Origin: Klebsormidium nitens
Lineage: Eukaryota; Plantae; Klebsormidiophyceae
Direction: 5' to 3'
Assembly: GCA_000708835.1 (NCBI GenBank)
Contig: DF237093.1
Coordinates: 34,973-98,972, forward strand
Length of the DNA stretch: 64,000 bases
Each line of letters starts with the position of its first letter. The first letter of the stretch is position 1. The notes beneath the pieces were generated by a model, which saw only the letters and a list, made by a program, of their open reading frames with translations, was not told where the DNA came from and made no database searches. The position numbers were made by a program, and so were the translations under genes. Below, one piece after another: positions 8,817 through 21,114 of the stretch.

Positions 8817-11318
8817 ATGGTGCAGCTGGGGAAGTGTTTACGAGTCAAAGGAGTTGGCAAGTGAGTTTCTATTTTCTTCGCTCGTGATGAGATCCTCCAT
8901 TCTGCATGTTACAGAGCAGCTTGCAACCAATCCATTGAGATGCTTTGAGAGCATGGTAGGTGTTTACTGAAGGCCTTGTTGGAAAGGACTGCAGATCTGC
9001 ATCACTAACGAGGTTGGCATATTTGCCACGGTTTGTGCTAAGAGGATTGTGTCATTGATTTGGGTAGCCTCTCACAAACTTTGGGGGCAAGGCAACTCCT
9101 TCCATCAGTTCTGTGATCTATGGCTTGTTTAACAAGGACACTGACAATATACAAATGTTTTCATGATGCAGCGGCGTAACCAGTATTGATGGCTGTCAGG
9201 TAAGCGATTAGCAGCGGGTATGGCTCTTATTTTTACTCTTCAAAGCTAATGCACAGGCAGCATTGGGTATCGTCAGCTTTCTAAGTGAAACTGGTCAGAG
9301 TGTTCCCCAAGTTCTACATTCAGTCCGCTTATGGTCAAAGCACCTTGAGCCAGGTTCTCGAACAGAGCACTTTGAATGGGCTCTTCTAACGTAGGTCTGG
9401 TTCTTTTTACAGACATGCTCAGGAACTGGGGCCCATCTGTTTCTCGTGTCCGCAGGCGTTCTCCCCCAGGCCCAAGAAACCCGAAAAGTGTGCGGCCTGC
9501 GGCTGCCATGCCTCCTTTCACCAACGCCTCGACGGGTCAGGCGCATACACTAGTGCAGATGCAGGGGCCGGTGTGCCTGGACCGGTAGCTGCCAGCAGCC
9601 AACCCCCTGAGTTGGCCATACTTCCAAAGCGAGGGCAGGTCTCCGCAAGGGGAGTCGCTCGCGGTGGCGCACGGAAACAAAGGAGCGCTCGGGTGCCGAA
9701 GACAGGGGGCGTGAGAGCAGAGAAGGCAGGGGCGGAAGTGGAGAAAGCAGGCGGGGGGGATGCGGAGAAGCCTGCAGCTGCGAACCGACCAAAGCGGGGA
9801 CCTGGGTCGAGGGGGGGTAAGGTAGTGGTTCGAGGTGCCGGAAGAGGCCGGAAGTCTAAACAGCTCGTGAAGGCGGATGGAGGAGCTTCCGGAGGGAAGT
9901 CCGCCGAAAGCGTCGTTGTTGAAGAGTTTCGGAGAGGGTCTAAGATTGGCGAACAACTGCTCCGGAAGGTAACTTCTGTTAAGGGGCCCGCTTCGAAGAA
10001 GATGGAAGGAGATGCGTACATGGGCCCTGGATCCAGGATGTTGACGATTTCCCGGAAGGCTGCACGGCTGGGGCTGACGGTGGACCACGTGGCCCCCAAG
10101 GTCGGGAAGGGCGAGGTCGACGAGTTCACAATAACCGAAGCGGCGGCAAAGCTGGGGATGAATCTCGATGTCAGGATCCCGGGCGAAGAGAATGCGACGT
10201 CGCTGCAGAGAGCCAGGACGATCGCCGCAAAAGCAAAGGGGCTTGGGTTGGTTTTGCCGGAGAAACCGACTGAGGAAGGCGGAGTCGGGACTGCTGTGCC
10301 TGGGTTCGCAAAGGCAAGTGCGGCTATGTCTGGAAGTATCGTGGTCGGGACGGGCATTGTAGATCTGACAGCTGAGGGGGAGGCGCAGGGGGCAGGGACG
10401 AAGAGGAGAGCGGCTGAGGAGATTGCAGGGGATGAGAAGAAGGCTCGGCCAAACTTTGGGGGGCGAGTAGAGGCTTGGATGAAGGCTGCGTTGCAGAAGT
10501 CGTGGGAGCAGGAGGGGGGTAGTGCACAGCAGAGCGGGGAGGAGGGGGAAGCGGGGTCTTCTGCGGACTCGATGGATGCCCTAGGTCAGGAAGGCATGGG
10601 GCGTGGAGATGCGGACTTGGGGGTGGGGCTAAGCGGCCTGGTAGTCGGGCAGGTGGGGGTACGAACTGCGGGCAAGGCGGGTGCGGCCGTGACGGAACCC
10701 AAGAAGTTTGGGGACGGAATCCTCTTTGCGCGCAAGACCCTGGCCGACCTTCTAAGCGAGAAGGCATGGCTGGAGAAGGACTTGGCGTTCCAGGAAGTGG
10801 ACTTTCAAAACAAGCACCTGTTCTTCCTGCGCTCGAAGCTGACTGCCAAAGGCGTCATTGACATGTACGACGCGCGGTTGTCGACCAGGATAGTGGTGGC
10901 GTATCTGGGCGGGCATGAAAAGGATCTGGCGGCAGTCAAGCAGCCGGTGGGCACGGTGCGTGTTGTTACGCAGAGGCCTTTCCCTTGCGAAAAGAAGCCT
11001 CTTGTGGCCGAGTGGATTGAGAGCAAAAACGGGTCCAACGTCGCGGAGGTTAGTCATCTGCTTGCACTTCAAGAGTATCGAAACGGGTCAGTGTCAGTCC
11101 CGTTGTTGGCTTACGCATACATGCGCATATTGAAACCGGCAGATGTCAAGTACGTTGTCATAGTGACCCAGCAAAAGTTGGTGGAGCGGTATCTCATGAA
11201 GCACTTCCTGTTTCTAGGCTTTGAGTTCATCGAGCAGACAGGGAACGGAGAGTGTGTGCTGGCACTAGATCTGGAGAAGGCGGTGGGGTTGCTGTATGGG
11301 CCATGGAGGTTTACCTGA
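8817..11318 (+). CDS. ZF-HD-type zinc finger / GNAT-like acyltransferase fusion, copy 1; exons 8817-8860, 9172-9199, 9456-11318 (644 aa)
   Basis: All junctions are GT-AG and phase-consistent. Spliced N-terminus MVQLGKCLRVKGVGNGVTSIDGCQAFSPRPKKPEKCAACGCHASFHQR matches the ZF-HD finger pattern (YRECLKNHA...DGCGEFMP...CAACGCHRNFHR). C-terminal block DMYDAR...VGTVRVV...FPCE...AEVSHL...EYRNG...FLGFEFI is GNAT/LuxI-FeeM-like. Confidence 0.85.
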
Positions 11319-11547
11319 CTTGTACAGTAGGAGGCTCCTAGAAGGTTCCTCCACATTGGATAAGGAGAGAGACAATTTTTGAGTCACAGTCAAAAGACAT
11401 TGAAACTTCATCGAATAGATGTCAACGACGGTTGTTGCTGTTTCGAGCTTTAGCTATTCATATGTAACCGGTCGCGAAGATTTTCTGGTCTGCCGTTTAC
11501 AATGGTGCCATGCTCAGGATGGAGTGAAACGGTCCCTCTCGTGATAT

Positions 11548-11766
11548 NNNNNNNNNNNNNNNNNNNNNNNNNNNNNNNNNNNNNNNNNNNNNNNNNNNNN
11601 NNNNNNNNNNNNNNNNNNNNNNNNNNNNNNNNNNNNNNNNNNNNNNNNNNNNNNNNNNNNNNNNNNNNNNNNNNNNNNNNNNNNNNNNNNNNNNNNNNNN
11701 NNNNNNNNNNNNNNNNNNNNNNNNNNNNNNNNNNNNNNNNNNNNNNNNNNNNNNNNNNNNNNNNNN
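11548..11766. other. Assembly gap (219 N)
   Basis: Run of N in the sequence. Confidence 1.
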
Positions 11767-12504
11767 ACTCTCGTGATCATGCCATACTGCAAGGCCTCTG
11801 GCTACTATTGGTCTTCTCTGTGCAACTCGAGACACATGCATCATTGCAACCATCCTACAAACAATGCAAGTTTGTTGTGTCATACACTACAAGTCATCTA
11901 AAAGTGCACAACTCTGTAACCATTAAGTTCGGACCGTAGAGCTGTCTTTGGGCGCGGTCAGCCGCCTTGTGCAAGATGGGGCTGCCTGCACTCATGGCTG
12001 ACAATTAATTGCACCACACATGATATGCATCATTAAGTCACATGGTATAAGAGCCCGCATGGCATGCATTGCAATCTTACATACCCAATTGGCCTCCATA
12101 AGCGAGCCAACTATACTCATGTCACCCATGAGCTGGGTCATGCCAGGTATGCATCATCCCAAATTGCAGGCCTCCGCCATCGCGGCCATGCAAATCCTCA
12201 ACATGTAGACCGCAAACCTTGAGCACGTACTGCGCAGTATCTTGCAATGATACTGCATTATGAAACGCTTGAAACACATGGAGCGGTTGCAGCTCAACAT
12301 AGAAAGCATGCTGGGCCATGTGCGAAGCAAACAAGCTGATAAGCAACACGAGCAGACAAATTGGAAGGTTATCCATGAGGGAACACAACGAACGCCATGC
12401 AAGAACATGCTGGTTGGCTGTGTGTCGAGCTGAAGCAAACAACTTTACAATACGACATCAACACAAGCTGACTTCATGTGGAAAAGCTGTAATCTCCAGC
12501 GAGT

Positions 12505-14306
<1,802 letters not shown>

Positions 14307-15006
14307 GGCTTCCCAGCCACTGGCTACGAATCTGACCGCCTGCTTAGGACTTTGTCCCTCCTCGAAGGCGGCCGCTCTACAGCCTGCCGCGGCAAAGAAA
14401 GAGGGCAAATCAAGGAGCTTCCAAGCCTTTTCAAGCAGCCCCGAGCTCCAGTCAAGCAGCTAGTGTGAATTGGTACCAATATTTTGATCGAGGGTTGGAA
14501 CTTGAAATAAGTTTCTCGAAGTTTAACAGCGGGCATCATCGACGGATCAGAATTGCGCAGCCTCCCACATGAAGCAAGTCAGTACCACCGGGTCCCACCC
14601 AGTCCACCTGGATTGCGCAGACTGCTCGCTACCGTATCTAGGATAGGTCCTAGAGCTCTATGAGTCTATCCTTGTCTAGGGAGTCAGGGAAGACTGCAGT
14701 CTGTAGACGGGACGTGGTGTGGGCGGCCAGGACGGCTTCAGCTCCTCGGAGTCCAAGCAAGGACGCCCTGTATCAAGACGTTCAAAACTGCATCCTTATC
14801 CTGCGTCTGCACAGCTCTAGGATTGTCATTGTTCCAGGCATATAAAGCAAGCTCGAAAGTACCTACGTTGCTGAAGGGAGGTGCTGAAGGCAGGTGCTGT
14901 TTCTGTTGACGTTCCTTACAAGTACGGCCTTCTCCACCTTCTGAACAACAGGTGTTCAAGCAGTTCCTTTGTGTGCGTTGAAGTTCCTAGGTAAACTACC
15001 TGTAGG

Positions 15007-15016
15007 TTTAGGGTTT
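15007..15016 (+). promoter_or_regulatory. Telo-box in the RPS27A/SCE1 divergent intergenic region
   Basis: TTTAGGGTTT ~40 nt before the SCE1 ATG. A second AAACCCTAG lies at 13921 in RPS27A intron 2. Telo-boxes are common at plant translation-machinery genes. Confidence 0.45.
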
Positions 15017-15057
15017 TCCAAGCAGGTTCCTAGCAGTACTTTCACCTTGGATGTAAG

Positions 15058-18000
15058 ATGTCGGGCATCGCGCGGGGGCGATTAGCCGAGGAGAGGAAAG
15101 TCTGGAGAAAGAATCACCCTCATGTGAGTGCCCCAAGATTCAAACCAGGCCGCGGTAATCAAGCTCACTTCTGTTGCATTGCTCACTTACTTTGAGTATC
15201 TGTTGCAGTGTTTCAGCAGATTGTTGTTGGAAGCTGCGGTTTTATCAAGCCGGCAAACAGAGGCTTGCAATATTTACCCTCAGTTTTGTGCTTCATTGGC
15301 TCCTCGCTAGCACCAGGGACCTGAAGGAAGAAGTGGTCCTATGCTTTTCTGGACATGGCCTGCACACTGCTGTTTGTATTCAAGTGGGGCTCTGTTTGGA
15401 GAGGATTTGTGTTTGATGAAGCTTGCTGCAATTCAGTTTGGTTGTCTTGTCGGGTTTTCTATTCATTGTCTCTCCATGAGGTGCTGCTCTATAGTTGCCA
15501 GAAATAGGTGCTGTCATGTCAGCCGCGAAGCTGCGGTTCGAAGATTGACATGTGGGACTGCACTTCCCACAGATAAAGTTGATACTTTACAAGCCCGCCT
15601 TGAACAGTTCAGCTTGTGCTGGAAGCAGACTTCAAGGTCTTTCTTTCACTTCGACGGAATCCAAGTGCATGTTTCTGGACATGCCTTTCTTATGTTTTGT
15701 AGCCCCTTTCTGTTTCCCATTGACATAGGGAGATTAGTGGTTGTATCTGGTAAAATCAGGTTGAGTGGATCTGAAAGAATCTAAGTAGACTTAATTGTGA
15801 CGCTATGCTATCATAGCCTATAGCCCCTTCCTAATACCTGTCAAACCTCAAACTTTGGATTACATGGCTACTTGTCGGGAATCTGAACATTGAAAACTCA
15901 CTTATTTGCTCTTGCAGGGTTTTGTTGCCCGACCAGAGACCACCTCCGATGGGACGTTGAACCTTATGACGTGGCACTGCAGCATACCGGGCAAGAAGGA
16001 TGTGAGCTGCGGGAAGCCCCTTCCTTGATGCTGTTCCACCAACTGCATCTGTTTCTTTGGCACTCCGACCCAGTCCTTGCTAAGAGTCCAAGTGATCATA
16101 AGCCTGGTATATGTCTTTGTTAACTCAGGACATACAAGGCATATGCTACCACTTCCTCATGGTGGTGTTACGCTCTGCAGACGGACTGGGATGGGGGTTT
16201 CTATCCCCTCACGATGCTGTTCAGCGAGGACTATCCGAGCAAGCCGCCGAAGTGCAAGTTCCCAGTAGGCTTCTTCCATGTAAGCTGCGAAAATTTTACT
16301 CTGTCCCTCTGGCTCACTTTGTGTCACGGTTTCTTCTTATCACATCATTCAATGGTACTGACCGTAACTCAATGTGTACTCCATGCCTCGTTTCCGTCGG
16401 CTGAGTTGCGGATGCTTCTCATGGCGTTGGCGTAGTGCAATTGAGTCATCTTGAGGCGGTGGTGCTTTGATCTGAGTACTCATTCCCACCTGTAATGGCC
16501 GTGTGCTTTCTCAATTTCGATATGCTCAGTCAACATGTCCATTTCCAAATGTCCAGTCCCGTAATTGATCTATCTGGCCCTACCTATTCGAGTCGATTTG
16601 TTTGTTGAAGTTATGATGAGTTCGGGCCTAAGGTCTGCATTCAGATATTCCGCTATGAAAGGAGTGTTGTTGAGCGGTATCTTGAAGGCCGCTCCAGATG
16701 TCTCCCGACATCAGGCATCTAAAAGTGGTCGACGTAGGTCTGGACGAATGCAATTTCGGACTGGCAAGAGATTTATGGGGTTTTGGAAGGCCTTTTCGAT
16801 TCTTAGACGTAGAAGACTGCACAGTGTGGCAGACTGCGGATTGGGACCTAGCCGTCAGAGCTCCAAATCTTGATTGGTGCGGGAAAGCGGCATCGCGGCT
16901 TGCAGCGATAATCCTGTCACTCGAGTACCAAACTCCGCAGACTGCGAAACTAGAAGTCTACTGGGTCCGGAATCCAACAAGGCCTTCCGAGATGATGTAG
17001 ATTTCTCGCCTGTTCGAAAATAGATTTGTCCAAAATAAGTTCGATAACCATTACCTGATGACACTTGAAGAGACGGCATTACGGGGTAGCCCAGTTTTTT
17101 AACTTCCAACCTGAGCTTGACTCGGTCAGCTCTGTCAGCAAGCAATTAGTTTGCGAGGACCTTTGTGAACCTGTCCGATTTGGAAGCTGTTTGGGATCTG
17201 CAAGCATTGCAAGTCGGTATCGTGTCGCTGTTCGTTTCTCGTCTCATGCCATCTTTAATTAAGTTGTCATTCAAACGGAAAAGTAGCATTGAGCTCTTCC
17301 ATGTCATTCTGCAGCCGAACATCTACCCATCCGGTACCGTTTGCCTGAGCATCCTGAACGAGGATACGGTGAGCTCTCTGAGTTTGTAAGAAATCCTTCT
17401 ATCCGGCCGAAAACTGGGTAAAATGTTGGCGCGTTTCAAGGAGTCTGTTCAACGCTTCTTTTAATTCTTTCAAAATCGACGGTTACGTTGAGTACCGCAG
17501 CATTCATTCTTACGACGACTGTTGGCTCATGACAGCCCGGATCGAAGCGTGATCGAGAATTTGCTCGTCAAATGCCTTCTACTATTGCAGCTTGTCAGGT
17601 CCTCGGTCAAAAGTCGAACGTAATGACCCATAGGTGTGTACCTTTGATGGCCTCTAGAGCGCTTGCAGAAGAAGGCGAGGATTGCAATCGGATCCTTCAT
17701 ATGGTCGTCGAGAGGGCGTTTGATTCTCATCTCTTCTAGTCTTAGGACATGCTTTCTTCTCACTCACAGGGCTGGAAGCCGTCCATCACAGTCAAGCAAA
17801 TCCTGACCGGCATCCAAGAACTTCTTGATGCCCCCAACCCTTCGGATCCCGCACAGACGGATGCGTATCAGCTATTTGTACAGGTGAGACACTCTTTTTG
17901 TGGGGCACCGAACGTGAATGTGTTGACAAACTGGGAACGGACCTGCCTCTTGATCTGCCCTGTTTTGATTTTCTGGTTAGTCAGGAAAAAGCACCCGGGA

Positions 18001-18151
18001 CGCTTGGTTTTATGGTGCTGTGTTGGGCAGTGATGGACGCTGTCCGCTTTTTATTCTTGCCAGCTCAACGATGTCCATTTTTCCGCAGGACCGGAAGGAG
18101 TATGACCGAAGGGTCCGTCAACAAGCGCTGAAATACCCCCCAGCAATCTGA
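15058..18151 (+). CDS. SCE1: SUMO-conjugating enzyme (Ubc9/SCE1); exons 15058-15123, 15918-16001, 16181-16279, 17315-17368, 17770-17883, 18089-18151
   Basis: [22 protein letters not shown]|GFVARPET...|[33 protein letters not shown]|[18 protein letters not shown]|[29 protein letters not shown]...|[20 protein letters not shown]. Catalytic Cys present. Confidence 0.97.
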
Positions 18152-19150
18152 TTGGTCATGTACATAAAATGGTTCTGATCATTATATCGGGGGAGCAGCT
18201 GTAGGGTTCACTTTAGCACCGCTGCTATGCAGGGAAACAGTAAGCATGCATCTTGCATAGCGAAGGTATGGTTAGGGGAAGGACTCTCTTGGTCTGCGTC
18301 CACCATAACCAACTTCATGAATTGAAGGACGTAGCTGCCAAGAAGCGTTCTGAGTTTCTATATGCCTAAACCTAGTCACTACTTTTGAACTTGTCAAGCG
18401 GTTGCATGCCAGACACAAAAGATATTGAAGCCTGCATGCGAAACCCATGTGACGGCCGGGTTGTGATTGAGCAGCCGCCCATGTGCATGGCCTAACTTAT
18501 CATGCAATGGACGACAGGCCGGTGCGCGTTACATTGGAAACATGTATGCGGAGATCTGGACCGTCATTGTGGGCATTGGAGTTGCAGCATCGGCCCCTGA
18601 TGAAATGAAATTGAAATAATACATGGGCTGTCCAGCCTATCAAATGTACTTCAGAACCTCAGATGACTTAAATATCGAATGAGAATTGCCGGCCTCTATA
18701 TACAAGTTCGTCCCATATGCGACGTGGACCTGGCAGCTAGGGGGCCGCCGATTTCGTGTGCACGGCGCCTGCGCCCCCGCGAAGTGATGAAATATGATGT
18801 ATGCGAAAGAGTAGCTGTTATAGGCTACCGCGTTGAATTGTTCGTTTTGCTGGCTTAAAAACGCCCATGCACGGTAAGAAATGATCACTTAGGCTGTCTC
18901 AGAGGACCACGTTTGAGTGGGAAAACTATTGTGATTCAGGAGCTGATCATCCAATCATAAATCTACACCGCCACGAATCGTCCCGCCTGGTTGCGGACAA
19001 CAAGAATAAACACGATAAAAACAACACGACTCCACATGCAGACGAAGAATGCTCTCAAAATACCTTTGCATATTCACTTTATGGTCACATACAAGGTACG
19101 TTCATATTCTGGCTTGAGGTGTCCAATCACGTTGGTTCACTTACGGCCAT

Positions 19151-20658
19151 CTACGACCGGAGTCCCTCTTTCTCGTCCGCTGGCAGTTGCACACTCCAGC
19201 TCGGTATCTCCTCCTTGGACGCTCTTATCAACGCGCCCCACAAGCGTGCTATGTCTGCATCATTGTCGCATCTCTCCCGTTTTTCGGGTTGTCTCTCAAA
19301 GACTGCCGCTTCCATGTCATTCAAACCTGTCTGCATCAAACAAAGTATTCCTGAGCATTCCGAAGTCTAGTCTTGAGGTTCACTGAAACCTCAAAAAGCC
19401 TCATTCAAAGTAGCTGTCCAAGTTTGAAAGCCTCCGGCGTCATTTGTTCAGGTAATTCACCTCGAAGTAAACCTATCGTTTTGAATTAAGCTTCAGCCCT
19501 TGGACGACCTGCAAAAGCTGGTTTTAGCTTTTTGACATGAACTCCGGGTGGATCAGAATATATTGTAGCTAGAGGTCGATTGTCATCATAAGTGGAGGTC
19601 AGCTGGTTGCGCTACTTTCCATGAGCATTCCAGAGCTCCTAAAAAGACGTTGAGGGTTCACTTTAATGAGCCAATCTGTTCTGAGGCTCGCTTGATCCGG
19701 GGGACCGTCCCTGAGATCCACGTGAGCTTTCGAAGCTGAGGCCGAGTGCATAATGCCACCAGAGCCTGAAGAAGCTCACCTTCGACTCGAGGTTTAGATG
19801 CACACACTGTTTTCCCAAGGTCTCCTCCTTGCAGAGATCCGCCATGACTGCGCGATACCCAGGGAGCAGCTCGAGCTCGATGGCGTCATTCCACTCAAAG
19901 AGTTGAACAGAGCCGTTGGCTATAACGAGAAACAACCTCCTTCTGTGCACATCTATCAGCAGGACATTTTCTACTCCTGCCTTGTAGTACCCCATAGCCC
20001 GCCACACGACTCCGCCTATCGGCCCACGGCTCAAAGTGACGGTATTTTTGTTCTGAAAAGTCAAGACGTCAAACCTCTCATTGAAGGCACCCGTCTCTAT
20101 GATTGCCTTCGGGATCAAAGTAAGAGGCTGCGTCTCTGATTCAAACTTCGCATCCTGGAAGTCTCTTCGTTCTGCAATCCACACCTCTGGAAGTTGCAGA
20201 GCATCCTGCTTGTCCAAACTCAGTCTTGTTCCGCCTGCGAATGTGACGAGGTCAGCCGCTGACGAATCTATAAAAGCGTCAATGCTGCATACGAGCTTAG
20301 TCAGTGCGTGGCCTTGCTGTGGGGAATGGCCCCAAAGGCTTACAACGACAGGTTGATGCCCTCCTCCGGTGAACGCTACCTGTTGATATTGTTCGGTCAT
20401 TCCTTTCAGAAGCTCAAATGTAAATCCCCTGGGATCAAAGAAGACCTTTTCTCCAACCACAATAGGGGGTCTTCGTCCAGAATTTCCGGTTTCAAGTATG
20501 ACAACAGGCTGAATCAACTCTGGATGAAACAGGTAGATTGCCATCTGCACGCTGGTTGGCTTCTTGCAGATCAGAGGTCTACCTATTGCCAGTCCTTGCA
20601 TCATTGATCCGGGACCCCCAAAATCTGGAATTTCGTCCACTTCTTGGAAGGAGAGCAA
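19151..20658 (-). CDS. Uma2/DUF820-family (PD-(D/E)XK) nuclease-like protein; large exon ~20658-19780 plus probable terminal exon 19330-19151; start uncertain
   Basis: Pattern GHSPQQGHALTKL...TRLSL...LPEVWIA...IPKAIIET...YYKAGVENVLLIDVHRRRL...ELLPGYRAVMADL follows the Uma2 layout (H...PD...PxxxxEV...YxxxGVxxxWLIDP...LLPGF). Donor ESK|gtgagc and a phase-0 acceptor precede TGLNDMEAA...LRS*. Confidence 0.7.
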
Positions 20659-21114
20659 GGGCTGATTCCTGCCCCGGCCGCAGCGCCAGGGTTTGTGAGA
20701 CCATTTTTATCGGCTGCACGGGACAGAAGTATGCAGCTTTCAAGTATCAGAATAAAGAGAACAGTAAGCTTATGTTCGTCAACTTGAAGACGCGGTGACG
20801 CGGCCGCCGCGTTCCAGGCGGGCCGCGGCCGCGGGCAGCTTCCCAGCATGCAGCAGACCCGGGTTTGCGTGGTTTGCGGGCTTCCAGGGAAGGGTTAGCA
20901 CGAAACGGAGGGTGGTCAGGCTTGACTGGATTGTGCTCGCGATCAGAGTCTCACGTTGGAGCTGCTCTGGCGCAGACCTGCGATGATGAAACTTTGAAGT
21001 GGCGCTCTTGAAATTGATGGAGGGACTTGGTCCCTAACCATCAGGCGCGGTATGGTATTGAGAAGAGTTGCAGTGGCGTTTTTGTAGAATTATCTTCATT
21101 CTCCAGGGACTAAG

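Noticed and set aside
9573-9575. ORF-track start (GTG) for the 581-aa protein
   Set aside because: The frame is open upstream to an acceptor at 9455/9456 and encodes the CAACGCH finger half; the real start is ATG 8817.
9518-10767. Long minus-strand ORFs (279, 183, 147 aa) and equivalents at 32893-33591, 25533-26039 and 54473-55153
   Set aside because: Antisense or alternate-frame shadows of GC-rich real exons; low-complexity translations with no motifs.
11885-11895. CACTACAAG as a CACTA transposon end
   Set aside because: No matching inverted end, subterminal repeats or transposase found.
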